A stretch of 63,808 nucleotides of DNA, the filler included, from Hyphochytrium catenoides (taxonomy: Eukaryota; Protista; Hyphochytriomycota), in the NCBI GenBank assembly GCA_900088475.1. It is 13 parts of 13 records of this genome, joined end to end, with 100 filler letters (N's around TTAATTAATTAA, not from the genome) between each part and the next. Parts side by side here need not be neighbours in the genome. Positions count along the whole stretch, not along the records: positions 23,183 to 31,792 come from FLMG01003046.1; positions 31,893 to 46,132 come from FLMG01000018.1; 11 more parts are not named here. One strand, written 5' to 3'. The notes beneath the pieces are model-generated. The model saw nothing but the letters and a program-made list of their open reading frames with translations. It made no database searches and was not told the DNA's origin. The stretch's first letter is position 1, and each line of letters begins with the position of its first letter. The position numbers and the translations under genes were made by a program. Shown piece by piece: positions 23,083 to 37,495 of the stretch.

Positions 23083-23902
23083 NNNNNNNNNNNNNNNNNN
23101 NNNNNNNNNNNNNNNNNNNNNNNNNNTTAATTAATTAANNNNNNNNNNNNNNNNNNNNNNNNNNNNNNNNNNNNNNNNNNNNTGCCATCCTCGTCATCTC
23201 TCCCTATCACTCTTCTTCCCCGGGGCTTCTCTCCCTCCACTTTTCCAGGCGTTCCTGCCACTGCCCCTCTCTGTCTCCCCCAATCCTCCCCTGCTCGCCC
23301 TACAGTAGTATCTCTCTGGCGCTGCCTTGCCACAATCACTAGGTCAATCTCTTTTCTCTCTTAGTCTTGTCTCTCGCTTCCTCCCTTTCTGCTGGCCTCT
23401 CTTCCTTCTTTCTTTCGTCTGTCCCGCAGCATCAGTCTCCAGTCCTGCCTCGCATCTCTTCGCGCCCTGCTGCTGGCCTCCTGACTTAGCACCTTGTAAA
23501 GCTGTCTCCTGCCAGAGCCTGTGCTATTGATTGCTCATGCTGTATCACCGCATGCATTGTTGACTCTCACCAGCTTCATCTTCTTCTCCTTGTGCATCTC
23601 TCTCTCTCTCTCTCTCTTTCTCTTTCTTTACCCCCACCTTCCTCTCTTTCTTCTCTTGAAATCTCTAGCTCTCCTCCTCTCTCTGCGCCGCTTCTTTTTC
23701 TCTTTCTTTGCGTTTGATCCTGCCTTCAATCAGACTCTAGAACTCTGAAGTCTCCTCGATCCGTTTGGCGCTCTTCTCCTCTGTCTTGCTTCGGAAAGAG
23801 CGACACACAGTCGACCCTTCAACCTCGCTCTCTTTGCCCTCTTCTCATCTGTCTCTCACCGCCACCTGTGATGTAAGCTTACGCGTATACTTAACTGAAG
23901 AG

Positions 23903-26900
23903 ATGTCCATGGGAAAGGACGTCGACCCTTTCCTCCTTCCCTCTACGGAGGTGAAGATCCTACCCATCAGAAGAAGAGAGGCAAGGGACTTGCCGCGCCG
24001 ATCCTTCGATGAGGCGTTGCAGCACATAGTAGCCGCGGAGACTGGACAGCGGCCTACAGAAGACAGGAATCTTGCGGAGAGAGCTTCCACTCGAAAGCGA
24101 GAGCCTTCTTTGAAAAGCTACCTGGGAGAGTTCTATCGTGACTGGTGCTTCGTCACCACTGCGGATCACGCGCCGCCCAGTCTTGCCTCCAACCGAAGGT
24201 AAGCAGCCATAATCCTCGCTCTATACCATGCTGCAGCAGTAGGAAGCTTATCAAGTTTCTTTCTGTGACCTCAGTGGTGATGCGAGAGCGAGTGATGATG
24301 ACACTGGGGCAGCCAACACCTCTCCAATCACGAGCTTAGGTAAGCTGTTGGCCGTTGGCAAGCCAGGGTAGTCTCTCTTCTATCTTACTTCTCTTGCCTC
24401 TAGGTCTTCCTGCAATCAGTAGCTCTCTTCTCATCCCGCAAACGCTCCCTTTTCTATATCTGGGCTTCTATTTATGTCATATCGCCCCGAGCAACTATTT
24501 TTTCCTGTTAGGCCTAGATTCTTTCTCTCGCCTCTCTGCTTATAGTTGCCATTGCACTTTATTTCCTCCCTGACGGCTGCTCTCCTTACAATATTCGTCT
24601 CCTGACGTCCAGGAGCGGAGCTTAGCTCAGCGTACTCTAGAGGGCAAGCCTTTGAGCGTGAAGGAGCCAGTAGCCAGGATCTCCCATCCTCTCCGCCACC
24701 CGAGCTCTCTCCATACCTCCATGAGCAGGGAGCAGCGTCCTTGTTAGTTAGCTGCAAGAGTCTTTCTTTTGATGTCGGAAATCTAGAACCTAGTACGTTG
24801 GAATATTCTCCTTAACCTTCCCCTCTTGTCTGTATGGGCCACTTAGGCTCTCTACTGCTGCACCTTTGAGTCTTCTTAACCAACATGATTGACTGTCAAA
24901 AGAGCATAGGCGGCAGCGTTTGTGCTCCTTCTCACTTGATGCTCCTTTACACGGGGTTCTCTCTCTCTCTCTCTCAACTCCCAACAGTTTTTGGTGCCAT
25001 GACGCTATATGACATCAAAGATAGACAGAGAGTCTCGGAGACATTCCACTTCTACTTGGGCCCAAGTGAACTCTTGCAGCAGTTCCAAGCAGGAGGGGAG
25101 ACTGGAAACTTAGCACTGATGGGCTACTGTCGTCAGGCGCTATGCAGCGTAGTCGCGTCGGCATGGACTGACACCTTATATTTGTTTGTACAGGTAGACT
25201 GGTGCTTATCCTGCTCTCCTTCAGCGATCTTTCCTCCTTTTTATACAGTTTCCTCAAGACTTCCTTTTGTCAGCGTTGACTTGCGATTATTCCTTTGTTG
25301 ACTCGGGAAGAAGGAGGGGGAAAAGCAGTTGCTGGCCCTGAGACTGTCGCAGTTTGCCCTTGTTATCTCTTCGTCAGGCGCGTTCCGTAGTCTAATCTGG
25401 GCTCCAAAGCATTCCATACCTTAGATGCCTTCAATCCCGTCCACTTCCTGTCACTTACTTGCTTTCATTTCTTAGCTTTCAGTCATTCTTGATGGAGATC
25501 CGGAGAAGTCGGCCCCTATCTACCTGGGCTCTGAGCGGTCTAGGGCCGCCATAGAGAAGTTTGCGAGTCAAAAGAAGCAAAGCGCCACCCGCCTCCGCAA
25601 ATATAGGCAAACTCTGGCTTGGGCCGGCCACCAGATACTGAGTGATGAATTTCCGCCGACTGATGCCAGAGACAAAGAAGCTACCTTCAGTCTGAAGCTA
25701 TATCGCCAGGATAAGAACAGGAGCGAGCAAGATAGGATAGACTTCCTTAAAGAACTCGATAAGGCTATCAGGAAGGAAAGGGACAGGGAAGGCAAAGATA
25801 GGGAGATGATCAGCCTCAGTGTAAGGGCACTCAACCTCTCCTTTTCTGTCTTGACTGCAACGATTTGCGTCCTCAATTCTCATTCTCAGTTCCTTTCCTT
25901 GTATATGGCCCACGGGCCTCCCTGTCGCCTTCCCACCGTTTTCATCGTCGTGCTTGGATAGATTCGTCACTGTCGCACTAATCGGCCTTTATCTTCGCCA
26001 TGCAGCTGAAGGACAAAGAGAAATACATTAGGAAGGAGAAGGTGATGGCGGGCAGGCTAAACCTTGGTATCAGGCTGGTGCCGACAGAGGAAGTCAAGCT
26101 CTGGAGGGCCACCTCGCCCCAGATTGCCCGCAGCGGCAAATCCGATATGCCGCTAATGGCGCTGGATGGTAAACCACCTGTCTCAATCTCAGTTGTTTAG
26201 GGCTAGGCCTGTCTATTCTTCTTTCGCATCTTTTTTAGTTTATGTCTAAACAACCCAAGGAATCTGCCATATGCTAGCCTCGCCCGGCTTCTCTCTTTTG
26301 TCCTCCGTATTGGAGATCTAGCTTCTTCTACCGCAAGCAACCATAAGTTTTCTTTGTTCTCACTTTGCTTCGTCTTACAGATAAGAAGAGGATGGTTCTG
26401 ATAGACTCCAACGTGACGTCTCAAACGCTATCTACTCTTTCCTCCTACCCGGGACCGGTGAGCGGGACAGAGTTGGTGCGTGAGATCACCTGTTTTATGA
26501 GACTGGACATGAAGGATGAAGGACAGCAGCCACTTGAATCTTCTCCTCCCATCTACGTTGCTGCTGTTCCATTCTCTACATATTTCAACGTAATTTATCT
26601 ATATCCTCGAGAGTTAGACAGATTCCAGGTATGAACTTAGCGTCCTCAGCACCTTTCTCCGTTTGTCACCACCAATTCTATTCACAGGTCATCTTCGTTC
26701 ATCCTCTCCCCATCTTCTTCAAACTGACTATGGGTCTGCTACTAGTCACCCTTCACTTTCTTTGGTGGCAGTAAAACGCTGGAACTTACGTTCCTGGTTT
26801 GAACCTTATCAGTTGAACCACCTGCTCAGTTCTACGCCACTATTCCTTCCATTCATAGCCTTGCCGTTGTCATGTACTTTCAGAGAAGTCTCTTGGCAGT

Positions 26901-29900
26901 TGAGCCCACATCTCACTCGGTGGCCCTCGTTCTCTAGTCATCTTCTCTCCTGAAGCCTCTCCAGAACCTCTGCGTCCGTGTCCAGCTCCTAGAACGGCCA
27001 CCTTCCATTGTGGATGGGAATATCCAGGAGGTAGAAGGCCTTCCATTATTCTACTCTGCAGGACAGGCAGCATTAATGGTGCGAGAGGTCTTTACAACGG
27101 TCACTTATCACAATGAGAAACCGCACTTTGGAGATGAGATCAAGGTGAATGCTATTACTCTCGTTCTCCAATTTGGGCTTTGTCGTCCTTGTTATGCACC
27201 TTCCATCAGGTCCGTACGCTTAGTGACGTAAAACGGAGCATTCTGAGACATCAACCGCACCTTAGAAACCATTCTTTATCCTTTTACGTTCATTGTGTCC
27301 CTGGACTTTGGTTGTATCTTACGCCCACTATGGTCATTAGGTCCAGATTCCCATCTTTCTCCATAGAGAACATGTCCTCTTATTTAGCTTCTACCATGTC
27401 CACTGCCAAGGATCTAAGAAAGAGGATAAGAAGGCGGAGACACTGCTTGCTTTTTCTGCCTTACCTCTTTATCAAGACGAAAAGATCGCTCGCTCAGGTT
27501 CTCACGTAATGAGAGTGTGGAAGCAGGGTGAGGTCACCAAAGAGCTATGGCAGGACATAAGAGAGGAGCCAAACGTTCAAATGGGCGACGCAAACAGCCG
27601 GTCCCAATCCTTTGTATGCGGCATGGTGTGGGCCTCCTCAGTGTATTCAGAGGTCAGCATATCCGTCTCCGGTCTTAGCTTAACCTAAGGAGACTCATCC
27701 CACGGCTTCATCGTTGCAGGATGCAGCGGTGTCTGCCTTCCTTGCAACTGACGCAGGGGTACCCATAGGACCTTTCTATTCGACAGAAAGCTCTTGCACT
27801 GTCCCAATGTCTCTTACACCGGGGCCGCTAGAGGTACTTTAGCGTGCATATCCTTAGGTTTGATACTATCTGTTTGGCTCTAATGCGCGTCGATGACCTC
27901 TCAGGCCCTAGAAGAAGCACTGGAAAGGCTGCAAAGTGCTAACTCGGTGGCTATCATGTTCCACCTCCTGCCGATCCTCTCGCGGGTTTGCTCTCACCTG
28001 AGACTATTGGGATCTAGAGATAGGGATGAAAGGGCCAAGGCCCTATGTAGCAAGCTCTTTCTCTCTATGCTGCAGGTCACTGACATGAACCCTTTCTGGG
28101 TGGCGCTGATTCACCGTCATTTAGCCTGGCCGCTTACTTGTTTACTCCAATATTCTCCGTAGTCTCTGATGTTACCCACTTCTTTGGGAACCTAAATGGT
28201 TAACCTAAAGCTTGCTATCTTCCTACTGCCGATGAAGTCTTCTCTCTACGGAACCTTTGCTCCTATTGTATCTGACCATCTTCGCCCGTTTCCGTACCAA
28301 AATCTCTTATTACAGGTCTTTGAGAAGTCCATACTGGGTTATGATAAGTTCACTAGAGGGCCACTAAGTAGACAAGGAGGAGGAACGTGGTGGTGGCCAG
28401 GCGGTCGTCAGAGAGAGCCTAGAGAGGCGCTGAACGCCTTTGTATCTTTCCCTTTTGATGATTCCTTACTGGCACTGGCGGATGCGTATGGCTATGGTAA
28501 GGGCGCCTTCAAACGACTTGTCGGTGATTGTTGATCTCGCTAGCGCCTTCCATTCTCATCATTCATCTATTTTTCTCCCGCCTTGGGTCCCCAGTAAAGT
28601 TTAGTGTTCGTCGCCCCAACCTAGTGTCTGCAGGTGCTGAAGGAACCTTAACCATCTGTTTTCCTTAATATGTGTTCAACTGTTGCTTCTGGTTGCTAGA
28701 AAGTACCTGAAGAATTGGTTTCTTTTCTCTTGGCTTATCATTTGCGACGCTCACAGCCCTGGTTCTATTTTTCCTCTGCCAGACCTCCTTACTCAGTCGG
28801 GCATTAGCAAGGCTCTGGAGCTACCCTCGCTATATCTGGTTATAGCTAACCAATGGAGACAGATGCTCGAAGGGTCTAGAGGATCCCCAACTAACCGGGA
28901 CAAAGCCAATGCCGGAGGGTTCCACACGTCTACAGGGAGTAGTGAAATGTCTGTTACTACTGGAGGGACTCCTGAAGTGGCAGAAAGTGGTGGCGCTAGA
29001 GGGGCCGAGGACTGGAGAGATGGCTCAATTCTCTCCTTAGGAGTGAGCTTCGCAGACATCTTGTTTCCCTTAATGCTGAAGTCTCTAACATTGAGGCTAG
29101 GAATAGGAGGTTTGTTCAAGCTAGCTCCAATAGGCTCTCCCTATCAGTTTCTTGATGCTATGATTCTACAGATGACCTAGACCAATGGAATGCCTATAAA
29201 GGGTTGATACTTCTTTTCGTCCTTCTTCTATTACGCTGGATCCCCACGCTTTTGTCCACCGCTACGCCCTGTGTGATCACCAACATGTGGCTCTCCTGTC
29301 TCTTCTATGATACAACCCGCCTCAGGCACGGACTCCTGCTCTTATTTCTCAGGATGATATTTTTACCTTTGAGAGGCTCATCCGAAGCATAATTGACTAC
29401 ATGCGCCGTAAGAACTTCAAGGATAAACCTAAGAGGAAGGTAGGGGTCGGCAGGGAACGCAAGGCAGTAGCCGGTTGGAAACTCTAACTCGAGATCCATT
29501 TCTCCACGTTCGACGACGGTGGTAGGCCTTTTCCAGCCTCTTTCTTCGTCTCCATATGTCCTAGTTGTCTTTTTCCCCGTATCTTAATCTTGTATGATTT
29601 TTCTGATCTCTTTCGGTCGTTATAGGTCCATGACTCTATCGCACACTTCCTCATTGGACTATTTCCGTTAGTTCACGTCAGTCAACTCCATCCGTTGGTG
29701 CGTTCTTACTTGGAGTCGTTCGATGAGAGTCAGAGCATGCTGGTAAGTTACAGAAGAGAACTTTTCTGCCGACTGCACAAATGGGGCACGACATTTTGCA
29801 GTCTGGTGCAACCCCTCGTCACCATCGTACCTACTGGTCACGGCTTTATGGCGTCATTTCTAAATCTTCCAACTCGAGTTTGTCGATCTTCGCAACCAGG

Positions 29901-31792
29901 CCCACGTTTCTCATGAACTTTCTTCTCAACCCTATGAAGAGCTGGCGACTGGTAACCTTTCGCATACTTGAACACTTCGTCAAGTCCCGGTACTTTGTAC
30001 CCATCAACAATGTGATGCCCCTACCTACAGGTATGAACAGACAATTGGCATGCAGAGGATAAACAGAGGCTAGCGTAGAGGCTTGAAAGAAGTAGGGCCT
30101 CCCGTATGCCTTTGGTCTCTCTCCAGGTCGATTGTAGCCCACTAGAGCTAGTAGTCGCTTAACTTCTCCTGCTCTCAGGGCCGACGGTATCGCAAGATCT
30201 AAGAACCTGCGCCTGCCCACCTCATTGGCTAATGGATCTTATTTTAGACATGCTCTTCGAGGTCAGTATAGCTGCCGTACCATGGGCATAATTGATAGAA
30301 CTATCTCCCTTTCAGCCTCACCGATCGAATGTACCCTTTATTGATAATGACCTTCTCACACATGAAGCGGCTCTTATCGCTGACAGTGCTCTCCTCGTTA
30401 GCTCTTTGCCTCACATGGTCAACCTCGTACCTCTTAGGCTATTCGGAGGGAGCGTTTTCCCCCTGACCAATCCTCTGCGGATTCTTTGCTGGCACTCTCA
30501 GAAAGTCCAAGAAAGGACTCCGCCCAGCGCAATCCTGTTCCTGTTCGAAACGACCTACCACTAGAGACCCCCGAGTCTGCCACCACTCTCCCATCCCCAT
30601 CGCAATCTCTGGTCCTCCCTCCTGTGATTCCCATTTGTCCAAGCAATAAAGACCTGCTGGGAGCAGACCTTCAAGCCAGAGATAAGAAAAGTCTGGAGAG
30701 TTTTAGAGCAGGTGCTGCCGTGGTTATCAGAGACCTCATCCTCCGAAATATTAGCGATCCTAAGTTCCAGAACCCTCAGAGAAGAGAAAGGCTGGCGCTG
30801 CTCTTCCTTAATCTTGTCCCATTCTGTATCGATTTGATGCTGAAAGGAGTACTTGACAGCAATGGTCAGACGGAGAGAGGGAGAAGTAGTGTGAGACTGA
30901 AAAATCTCTCGTCTCCTGCCGCATCACCCTGGAGGGAGCTGCTGTTCTGTGTGGGTGTTGTTCTAAGCTCATCAAGCAGAGAAACGTTGCGAAGGTCTGT
31001 TTGATTCATGGAACTCGTTGTCTGTCTGTCTAATGTCATTAAAGCCCTTTCTGACGTTCGCTCTCCCTCCTCTACGTTTCTGGTGGCGTTTGACGGTTAG
31101 CCTGAACACGGCTGCGATATAGCCTTCCCTTCTCTTGCTCCGCTTGTAGCTTGACAAAACTACGATGGACTACGTATCTACATCCAACCTCATTTGGGTT
31201 ACTTCGCTCTCGGGAGCTATCGCTCTTATCACTCCTCTTAGTGACAGAATGCTCAACGTAGACTAATTTTCACGCACTAGATTATGGCGAAATGCTTACT
31301 GGCTGAGATTGCTCTATACCAACCCGGCTGCAGTGGTCAAGGATGGAGGTCACGAGCACTTTGTCAGTCTTCTCCAGCTCTTGCTGGATAAATTTGAATA
31401 CAACGAGAGTAGCCCCTCAGCGCTCTTGGCTGGTCCTGGTAAGTTTAGAATATCTGAGGTGCTGCCCCTTCTCCTTCGCAGCGTTCGGTCCGGGTTTAAC
31501 TGTTTAGCTGTTATTGCTAAGATAGTACGGGTGATGGGACTATGTGCCAAAGCAGCGCACTTATGATGGAACCTATCTGCCAGATCCTCTTTTCTTGAAT
31601 TCCGCTAACTCAAGATATGGTCTTCCCATAGTTATCTGATTGTTCGTTACGTGATTCTTAGGAGACCGTCTGGCCGAGATGAATGCGCTCATGCCCGATG
31701 ATCAGCCCAAACGGAGGGAGAGCTCTGCGAGCCAATATCTCGTAGGAAGTGCAAGTGGAGATAGCTCCACTCCTAAGCACAGCAGAAACGAG
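23903..31792 (+). CDS. DOCK-family guanine nucleotide exchange factor (DOCK-C/D, Zizimin-like); N-terminal part including DHR-1 C2 domain; 3'-truncated before DHR-2
   Basis: Exons encode LEPIFGAMTLYDIKDRQRVSETFHF, KYRQTLAWA, PFSTYFNVIYLYP, NLCVRVQL, TVTYHNEKPHFGDEIK and HVLLFSFYHVHCQ. The introns checked are GT-AG. The start codon is tentative. Confidence 0.88.
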
Positions 31793-32322
31793 NNNNNNNN
31801 NNNNNNNNNNNNNNNNNNNNNNNNNNNNNNNNNNNNTTAATTAATTAANNNNNNNNNNNNNNNNNNNNNNNNNNNNNNNNNNNNNNNNNNNNCCCCTTGC
31901 TTTCCATCTCATGTCTCTCTGTTTGTCTGTCTCTCGCACGCGACACTTGCTGTCGTTGATCTTCCGTCTGACTAACCACTTCCTATCCCCTGTTTCATTT
32001 CCCCTTTCTTCTCTCTCTCTCTGTCTCTCTTCTAGTAGTGATATACATCGATCTCTTCATCTTAACCTTCATCGACACAAAGAAAGTAGTGGACAGTGGG
32101 CCTGGGAGAGAGGGAAGGCTGCTTGAGATAGAGAGAAGATAGAAAACAATCAGACGGGAGAGCACCGTTCGTGCTAGAAGGGCAAAGAGAGACAAGGGAA
32201 GAGAGACGAGAGAGAAACGGAACGACGCGTGATCTTCATCTTGCCACTTCGGATATATGGACATTAGTGATAACACAGAGACGAAGATCTCTCTCTTTTG
32301 TTTTTACTCCTATTTCCCTCGT

Positions 32323-32355
<33 letters not shown>

Positions 32356-32376
32356 NNNNNNNNNNNNNNNNNNNNN

Positions 32377-33107
32377 AGACAACCATCTCGGCTGTGATCT
32401 TCTCAGAGACTCTTCCTTCACCTACTGAGTCTCCCTCGTCTTCTCCCCCAGCCGCCGCCTTGATCTCTGCTCTCCTCTTCAGAGAGGCAGCCTCGCCGCT
32501 CACCCAGCCGCTGCTGACGAAGAAGTCGTATAACCGTCCTGTCCTGTCCTCGTCTGCACAAAGGGAAGGTACGCGGATAAGGAGGGAGAGAGGGAGAGTA
32601 TAAGAGAGAGGTCAAAGAAGGTTTGGCCATGAGAGAAGAGTGAGAGAAAACGAAGAGAGAGACTATTATAAAGATAGTCTTGAAACACGAAAAGACGAAC
32701 AGTGAAAGAAGAAAGAAGAGAGCGGAGAGAGAGAGAGAGAGAGAAAGAGAGAGGGAGGGAAAGAAAGAGAGAGAAGAAGAAGAGAAAACTTACCTATCTT
32801 TATAATAGTCTTAGCATCCTCTTTCTTGATGTATCCCCTCTGAAAGCTCTCTCTCACTATCATTTCCTTGACCACTAAGTAATGCTGCAGCATGGAGAGG
32901 AGGCAAATAGAGAAAGAGGATTAGACTCTACTCAGACAGAAACGAGGATCAGTTTCTTTGGGGACAGAGCGGCATGTCAGACCAGCGACAGATTTTCAAA
33001 AGTGGAAAGGGCGAGACCGACGAAACAGAGGCAACAACGAGAGAGAAGAGAGGAGAAGGAAGGCAGTGAGAGAGATGGAAAATGGGAGAGCGAGAGTGAG
33101 ATGGGAA

Positions 33108-33140
<33 letters not shown>

Positions 33141-34508
33141 CAAAGAGAAAGAGAGAGGAATTAAGAGCGAGAGAGGGTCGTAGAAAGAGATCCATACTCT
33201 TGGAAGCATGCGCAACGAAGAGCAGAGCTTCTTTTCGGTTGTTGAGAGCATCTCCGCGCCTGGCGCAGAGTCAATGTCAAGAGGCTCCTCCTTCTCTTCT
33301 TCTCCTTCCATTGCCGAAAGGATAGAAGCTTCCCCACTTTGAGCTTCCTTGGGAGAGGAGATAGGCTGCTTCTGGTCTCCCTCCTTCTTCCCTCCCTGTT
33401 TGTCTTTCTCTCCTCCTTCTCCAGCCCCGGTCGGCGTCTCCAGACTGCTTGACCCCGACTTGTCTCGATTGAGCCACCGACTGTTGGTTCTCTCGCGGGA
33501 AAGAGAGGATTGTCGGCCCGTCTCATAAAGATAAGAAGCACTAGAGGTGAAGAGAATGGACGGGAGAGAAACAAAGAGCGCGGTCAGAAGTGAGGGAAGG
33601 CTCAGAGTAAGGCAAAGCGAGAGGCTAACTGTTCGCTCTGAAACTTTCTTTCTCCCTTATCTTCCCTCTCTTTCTCTCTTCCTTCTGTGCTCTCTCCCGG
33701 CCTCTTCTCTCTCCTTCCCTCTCCTTCTTCTGTCCTCCCATCTTCTATAACTCTCTTTCGGTTTTACTGTCCTTGACCTAAGAGAGTGATCCCCTCTCCC
33801 TATATCATGCCTTTCCCCCTGATTCTTTTTGTCCTCCCCGGGGCCTTACTTCCTCCTATTACCGGTTCACTCTACCTCTTTGGTGCGTCTTTCGCTTCTT
33901 TCTTTCTCTCTCTCTCTCTCTGTCTCTCTCTCTGTCTCTCTCTCTCTCTCTTTTTATACCTCTCCCTCTCTAAACCAGCCTCGCTTTCTCACCTCTGTCT
34001 GCTCTTCTTCATCGAGCTCTCCTGATCCTTCTTCCTCTTTTCCACTTCATAACGCTCACACTCCGCTAAAGTGCGGAGGCCCAGGCTGCGATAGTGCTGA
34101 AGCTGCGAGATTCTCTTGCGGAGTCTGAGAGCTGCCAACATGCCGTCCACGAACTCTTTGTGCTCGTCTGCACTATGGAAGCGGGCGAAGGGACGAAGGG
34201 AAGCGACTAGTTCTCTCTCTTCTCTTGGTCTTCGCTTCTCTATCGCTTGTTGTTTTCTATAGTCCTGTGTACGAAAGAGAGAAGGGTGAGAGACAGAGAC
34301 GGACTGTGAGGAGAGAAAGAGAGAGAGAGAGAGAGAGACAGAGAGAGGGATGGGGAGAAGTGTGGGATAAAACTAAAGAGTAACAGGAGATGAGGGCTGG
34401 CCGTTCTCTCTCTTCCGCAAACGCAGATTAATAGACGCGGGCGACTGAGAGAGTGGAAAAGGTGAGACTAGACAAGGAGTGAAGGGGGAAGGAGACAGAG
34501 AGAGAGAG

Positions 34509-34539
<31 letters not shown>

Positions 34540-37495
34540 CTGGACGCGCGCGCGAGAGAGAGAGAGATCAAGAAATTAACGATGAGCCCAGTGAGCTGAC
34601 CAATAGTCCTCTCTCTATGACAAACTGCTTCCTGCGCTCTCTCTCATCAAGCTTCTTATTATAAATCTGTATAATCCGGAGCTTCAATGCCCGCTCACTT
34701 GGATGATCTTCATCATTGAACTAGAATAGTATGGAAACAGAGTGGAAAGAAGAAGGAAGGAGAAGGAGAAGAAGAGTGTTGAGAGAATGGAAAGGGAGAG
34801 ACGACAGACAAAGGGCGTCAGCCAGAACGTAGCGTCTTCTCGAACGCATCTCGCTCTAAGAAAGTCAGGCTTCTCTCCCATTCTCTTCCCCCCTGGTCCC
34901 ATTTTCGCGACCGTGCTCTTAGTTACTTTCATCCGCTTCTCTCCTACAAGTACACCTTCTCTCATCTCCTCTTTTCTCTCCCTTGTATCTCTCTCTCTTA
35001 CTTTCCATCTCCTCTCGCCTACTCTGTGTGCCTCTTTTACTCTTTTCTCTGCACCTATGCAACTCAATCTTCCTTCTGACTCCAGACAGTCCTCTCTCTT
35101 CACTGCCTCTAGACAGTTCTCTCTCTTCATCGCCTCTCTTTCGCGTCTTTTCTCCTATCTTCTCTCCTATCTCCCCCTCCTCCCTCTTACCTCCATATCT
35201 GCCAGAATCAGCTCTGCATCGTTGTCATGCTCCACCTCAAAGTCTCCCCTGAGGGGCATGAACCCGCAGATCTCGTGCCCAGGCAGTTTGGACAGATCTG
35301 AGCCTCCGGAGCTGAACCTCTTCGAGTCTTTCTTTGATTTCTTCATCTTTCCGGGGACTTTGGACGTCGTGCCGCTCTCTCTTTCTTCTTTGCCCTGAGA
35401 CGGACCTTCTCCTTTCCCTCCTGGCGTCTTGGGGAGTTTCTCCTCACCCTTCTTGCTCTTCCCTGGCTGTCGGGTCTGATCCTCGACAAGGAGTGGGAGA
35501 GGCGCAGTAGGAGAGAGAATGTACTGCTCTTGATAGTGTGTCTGACACTTTTTCTCTGTCTTTGTGCCCACATAATCCGCAATATCCCTGCAAAAGAAAA
35601 TGTTGTTGGGCGAGACCGTGAGAAGGGCTCCCTAACCGAAGTGGAGAGGAGAGAGAATGGACGCTAGGACGCTGGCACGTAAAAGAGAGAGATGTGGAAA
35701 AGCTTGCTATTCGGAAGAAGTCGGCGGCGTTTCTGCCATCTTTAGAGCCTTCTTTTCGCTCCTTTCTCGTCCTGCTTGTCTCGCTTTTCCCAATTCTCCT
35801 CTCTCTGTCTGTTCGGCCTTTGTCTCTTTTTTCTTCTCTCTCTCTCTCTCTCTCTCTCGTTTTGCACGGCTTCCTTTCTGCGGCTGACCACTTCCTCTCT
35901 CATCTTCAACCCTCATAATACTACTTTGCCTTCTTTCTTCCTTCTAGTTGACTTACTTCCAGTTGCCCAGTCCAAACCGCTCTATAGCTTCCAAAAGAAG
36001 AAACTCTTCCTCTGCCGTCCAGTCTTTCTCAACAAGCGAAAAGGAAGAAAGACAATCTGTAACTCTGTAGGGGTGAGAGTTCCGATGGTCGCCCAGCTCC
36101 ACACCCACTGAGAAGCATTCGACGCAAAGATCAAAGTCTGGGCATTCTGCGCAGTGGATGCGAGCCAGGGACGTGATATCCTTTGGGGAGCATTTGAAAA
36201 AGAAGGAGAAGGAGGAAAGATAACAGAAGTGACTGAGTGACTGTGTGTCTACCTTAGGTCCAACGGCGGAGAAGTCAGAGAGCAAATATAGAGCGAGACG
36301 GAACCATCATCGTTTGGAAGAGAAAGAAGCCCAGGAGAAAGAGGAGAAGGCAATGTCCCTCTCTCTCTGTCTATCTGTCCCTGCTCTCTCTCTCTCTCTC
36401 ATTCTCTGTCTCTGTGACTGTACCTTACGGCAGTAGTTGCAATGGAACTGCACTCTTCTTCCTCCCACATGGAGAAACTCTAACGAAGGAACCACCTTGC
36501 CTCCGAACGGAGCCACAAGGGCTTCCAGAGCTGTTACATGGTCCTCAGCTCGGGGTCGTTTGACTGGGGCGGCTTCTAGCGTGATAAAGAAGAGAGAAGG
36601 TGGGAGGAGGGTGAGACATACGACTTCTCATGAGAGCTGAAAAAAGTTGGAGAAAGTCACAGCCGAAGGAGGAGAAAGAGAGAACGGCAAAGAGAAAGGA
36701 GGGCAGGAAGAGCTTCGGTAGTGAAAGAAGAGAGAAAGGAAGAGAAAGAGAAAGAGACAGAGCGGGCGAGAGAAGAAGACAGATAGAAGATCGGAGCATA
36801 GGAAGTTGTTGACCACGTTGTCGATCTGCTTGTCAGAGAGGCAAACGAGATGCTACATGTGCAATGAGACAGAAAGAGAGAGAGACTAGAGACAAAGGCA
36901 GGGAGAAAGCCCAAGATGGAAGCCGCATGGAGGTAAGACGATCAATACCTGGAGGAATCTCAGCATCCTCTTCCCTCGGTCTCTTTTGTGGTGCGCTGTA
37001 AAATGTACCCATGAATGCCAAGAACGAGGCAATGAGCACCACGAGTAGAAGAGAAACTGAGGGCGCGCAACTCAGAAAGAGGACAGAACGAGAAACCTAT
37101 AAAAACAGGAAGAGCGCTACAAGATGCTAAGAAGGAGCAAGAGCTGCTGAGGAGGGGAAAGAGGAGCGAGAAAAAGAGACCGAGAGAGAGAAAGAGAAGA
37201 AGAGAGAGAGAAAAGAAAAGGGAGAAGAAAAGAGGAAAGAGAGAGACAAAGATAGAGAATGGGAGAGAGAGACACGCAGAGAGAGACTAGAGAGCGATGG
37301 TGACGAGCCCCTTCCTGACCTTCCAGAAGGGTGCTGTTCGTCAGATGTCTGAATGGCGTTGAGTGGGACAGAGGCGCCGGAGGAGTGCTCTGAGGGTACT
37401 TCCTTAGGCGCCTCACTGCTCTCTTTCTTCTCTTCTTCCCTCTCTCCTTTCTCCCTGGAGTCTGTTGTCTCATCCGCTTCCTTTGAGGACTCCAT
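32377..37495 (-). CDS. ADA2: Transcriptional adaptor ADA2 (ZZ, SANT, SWIRM), multi-exon
   Basis: HCNYCRKDI..RIHCAECPDFDLCVECFSVG (ZZ), [32 protein letters not shown] (SANT), GFMPLRGDFEVEHDNDAE, and SWIRM LSTTEKKLCSSLRMLP...RLYDFFVSSGW. The 5' exons are tentative and the stop lies in or beyond a gap. Confidence 0.93.

Noticed and set aside
24200-27150. Non-canonical splice sites in the DOCK gene
   Set aside because: Every junction I traced could be resolved with GT-AG in the correct phase.
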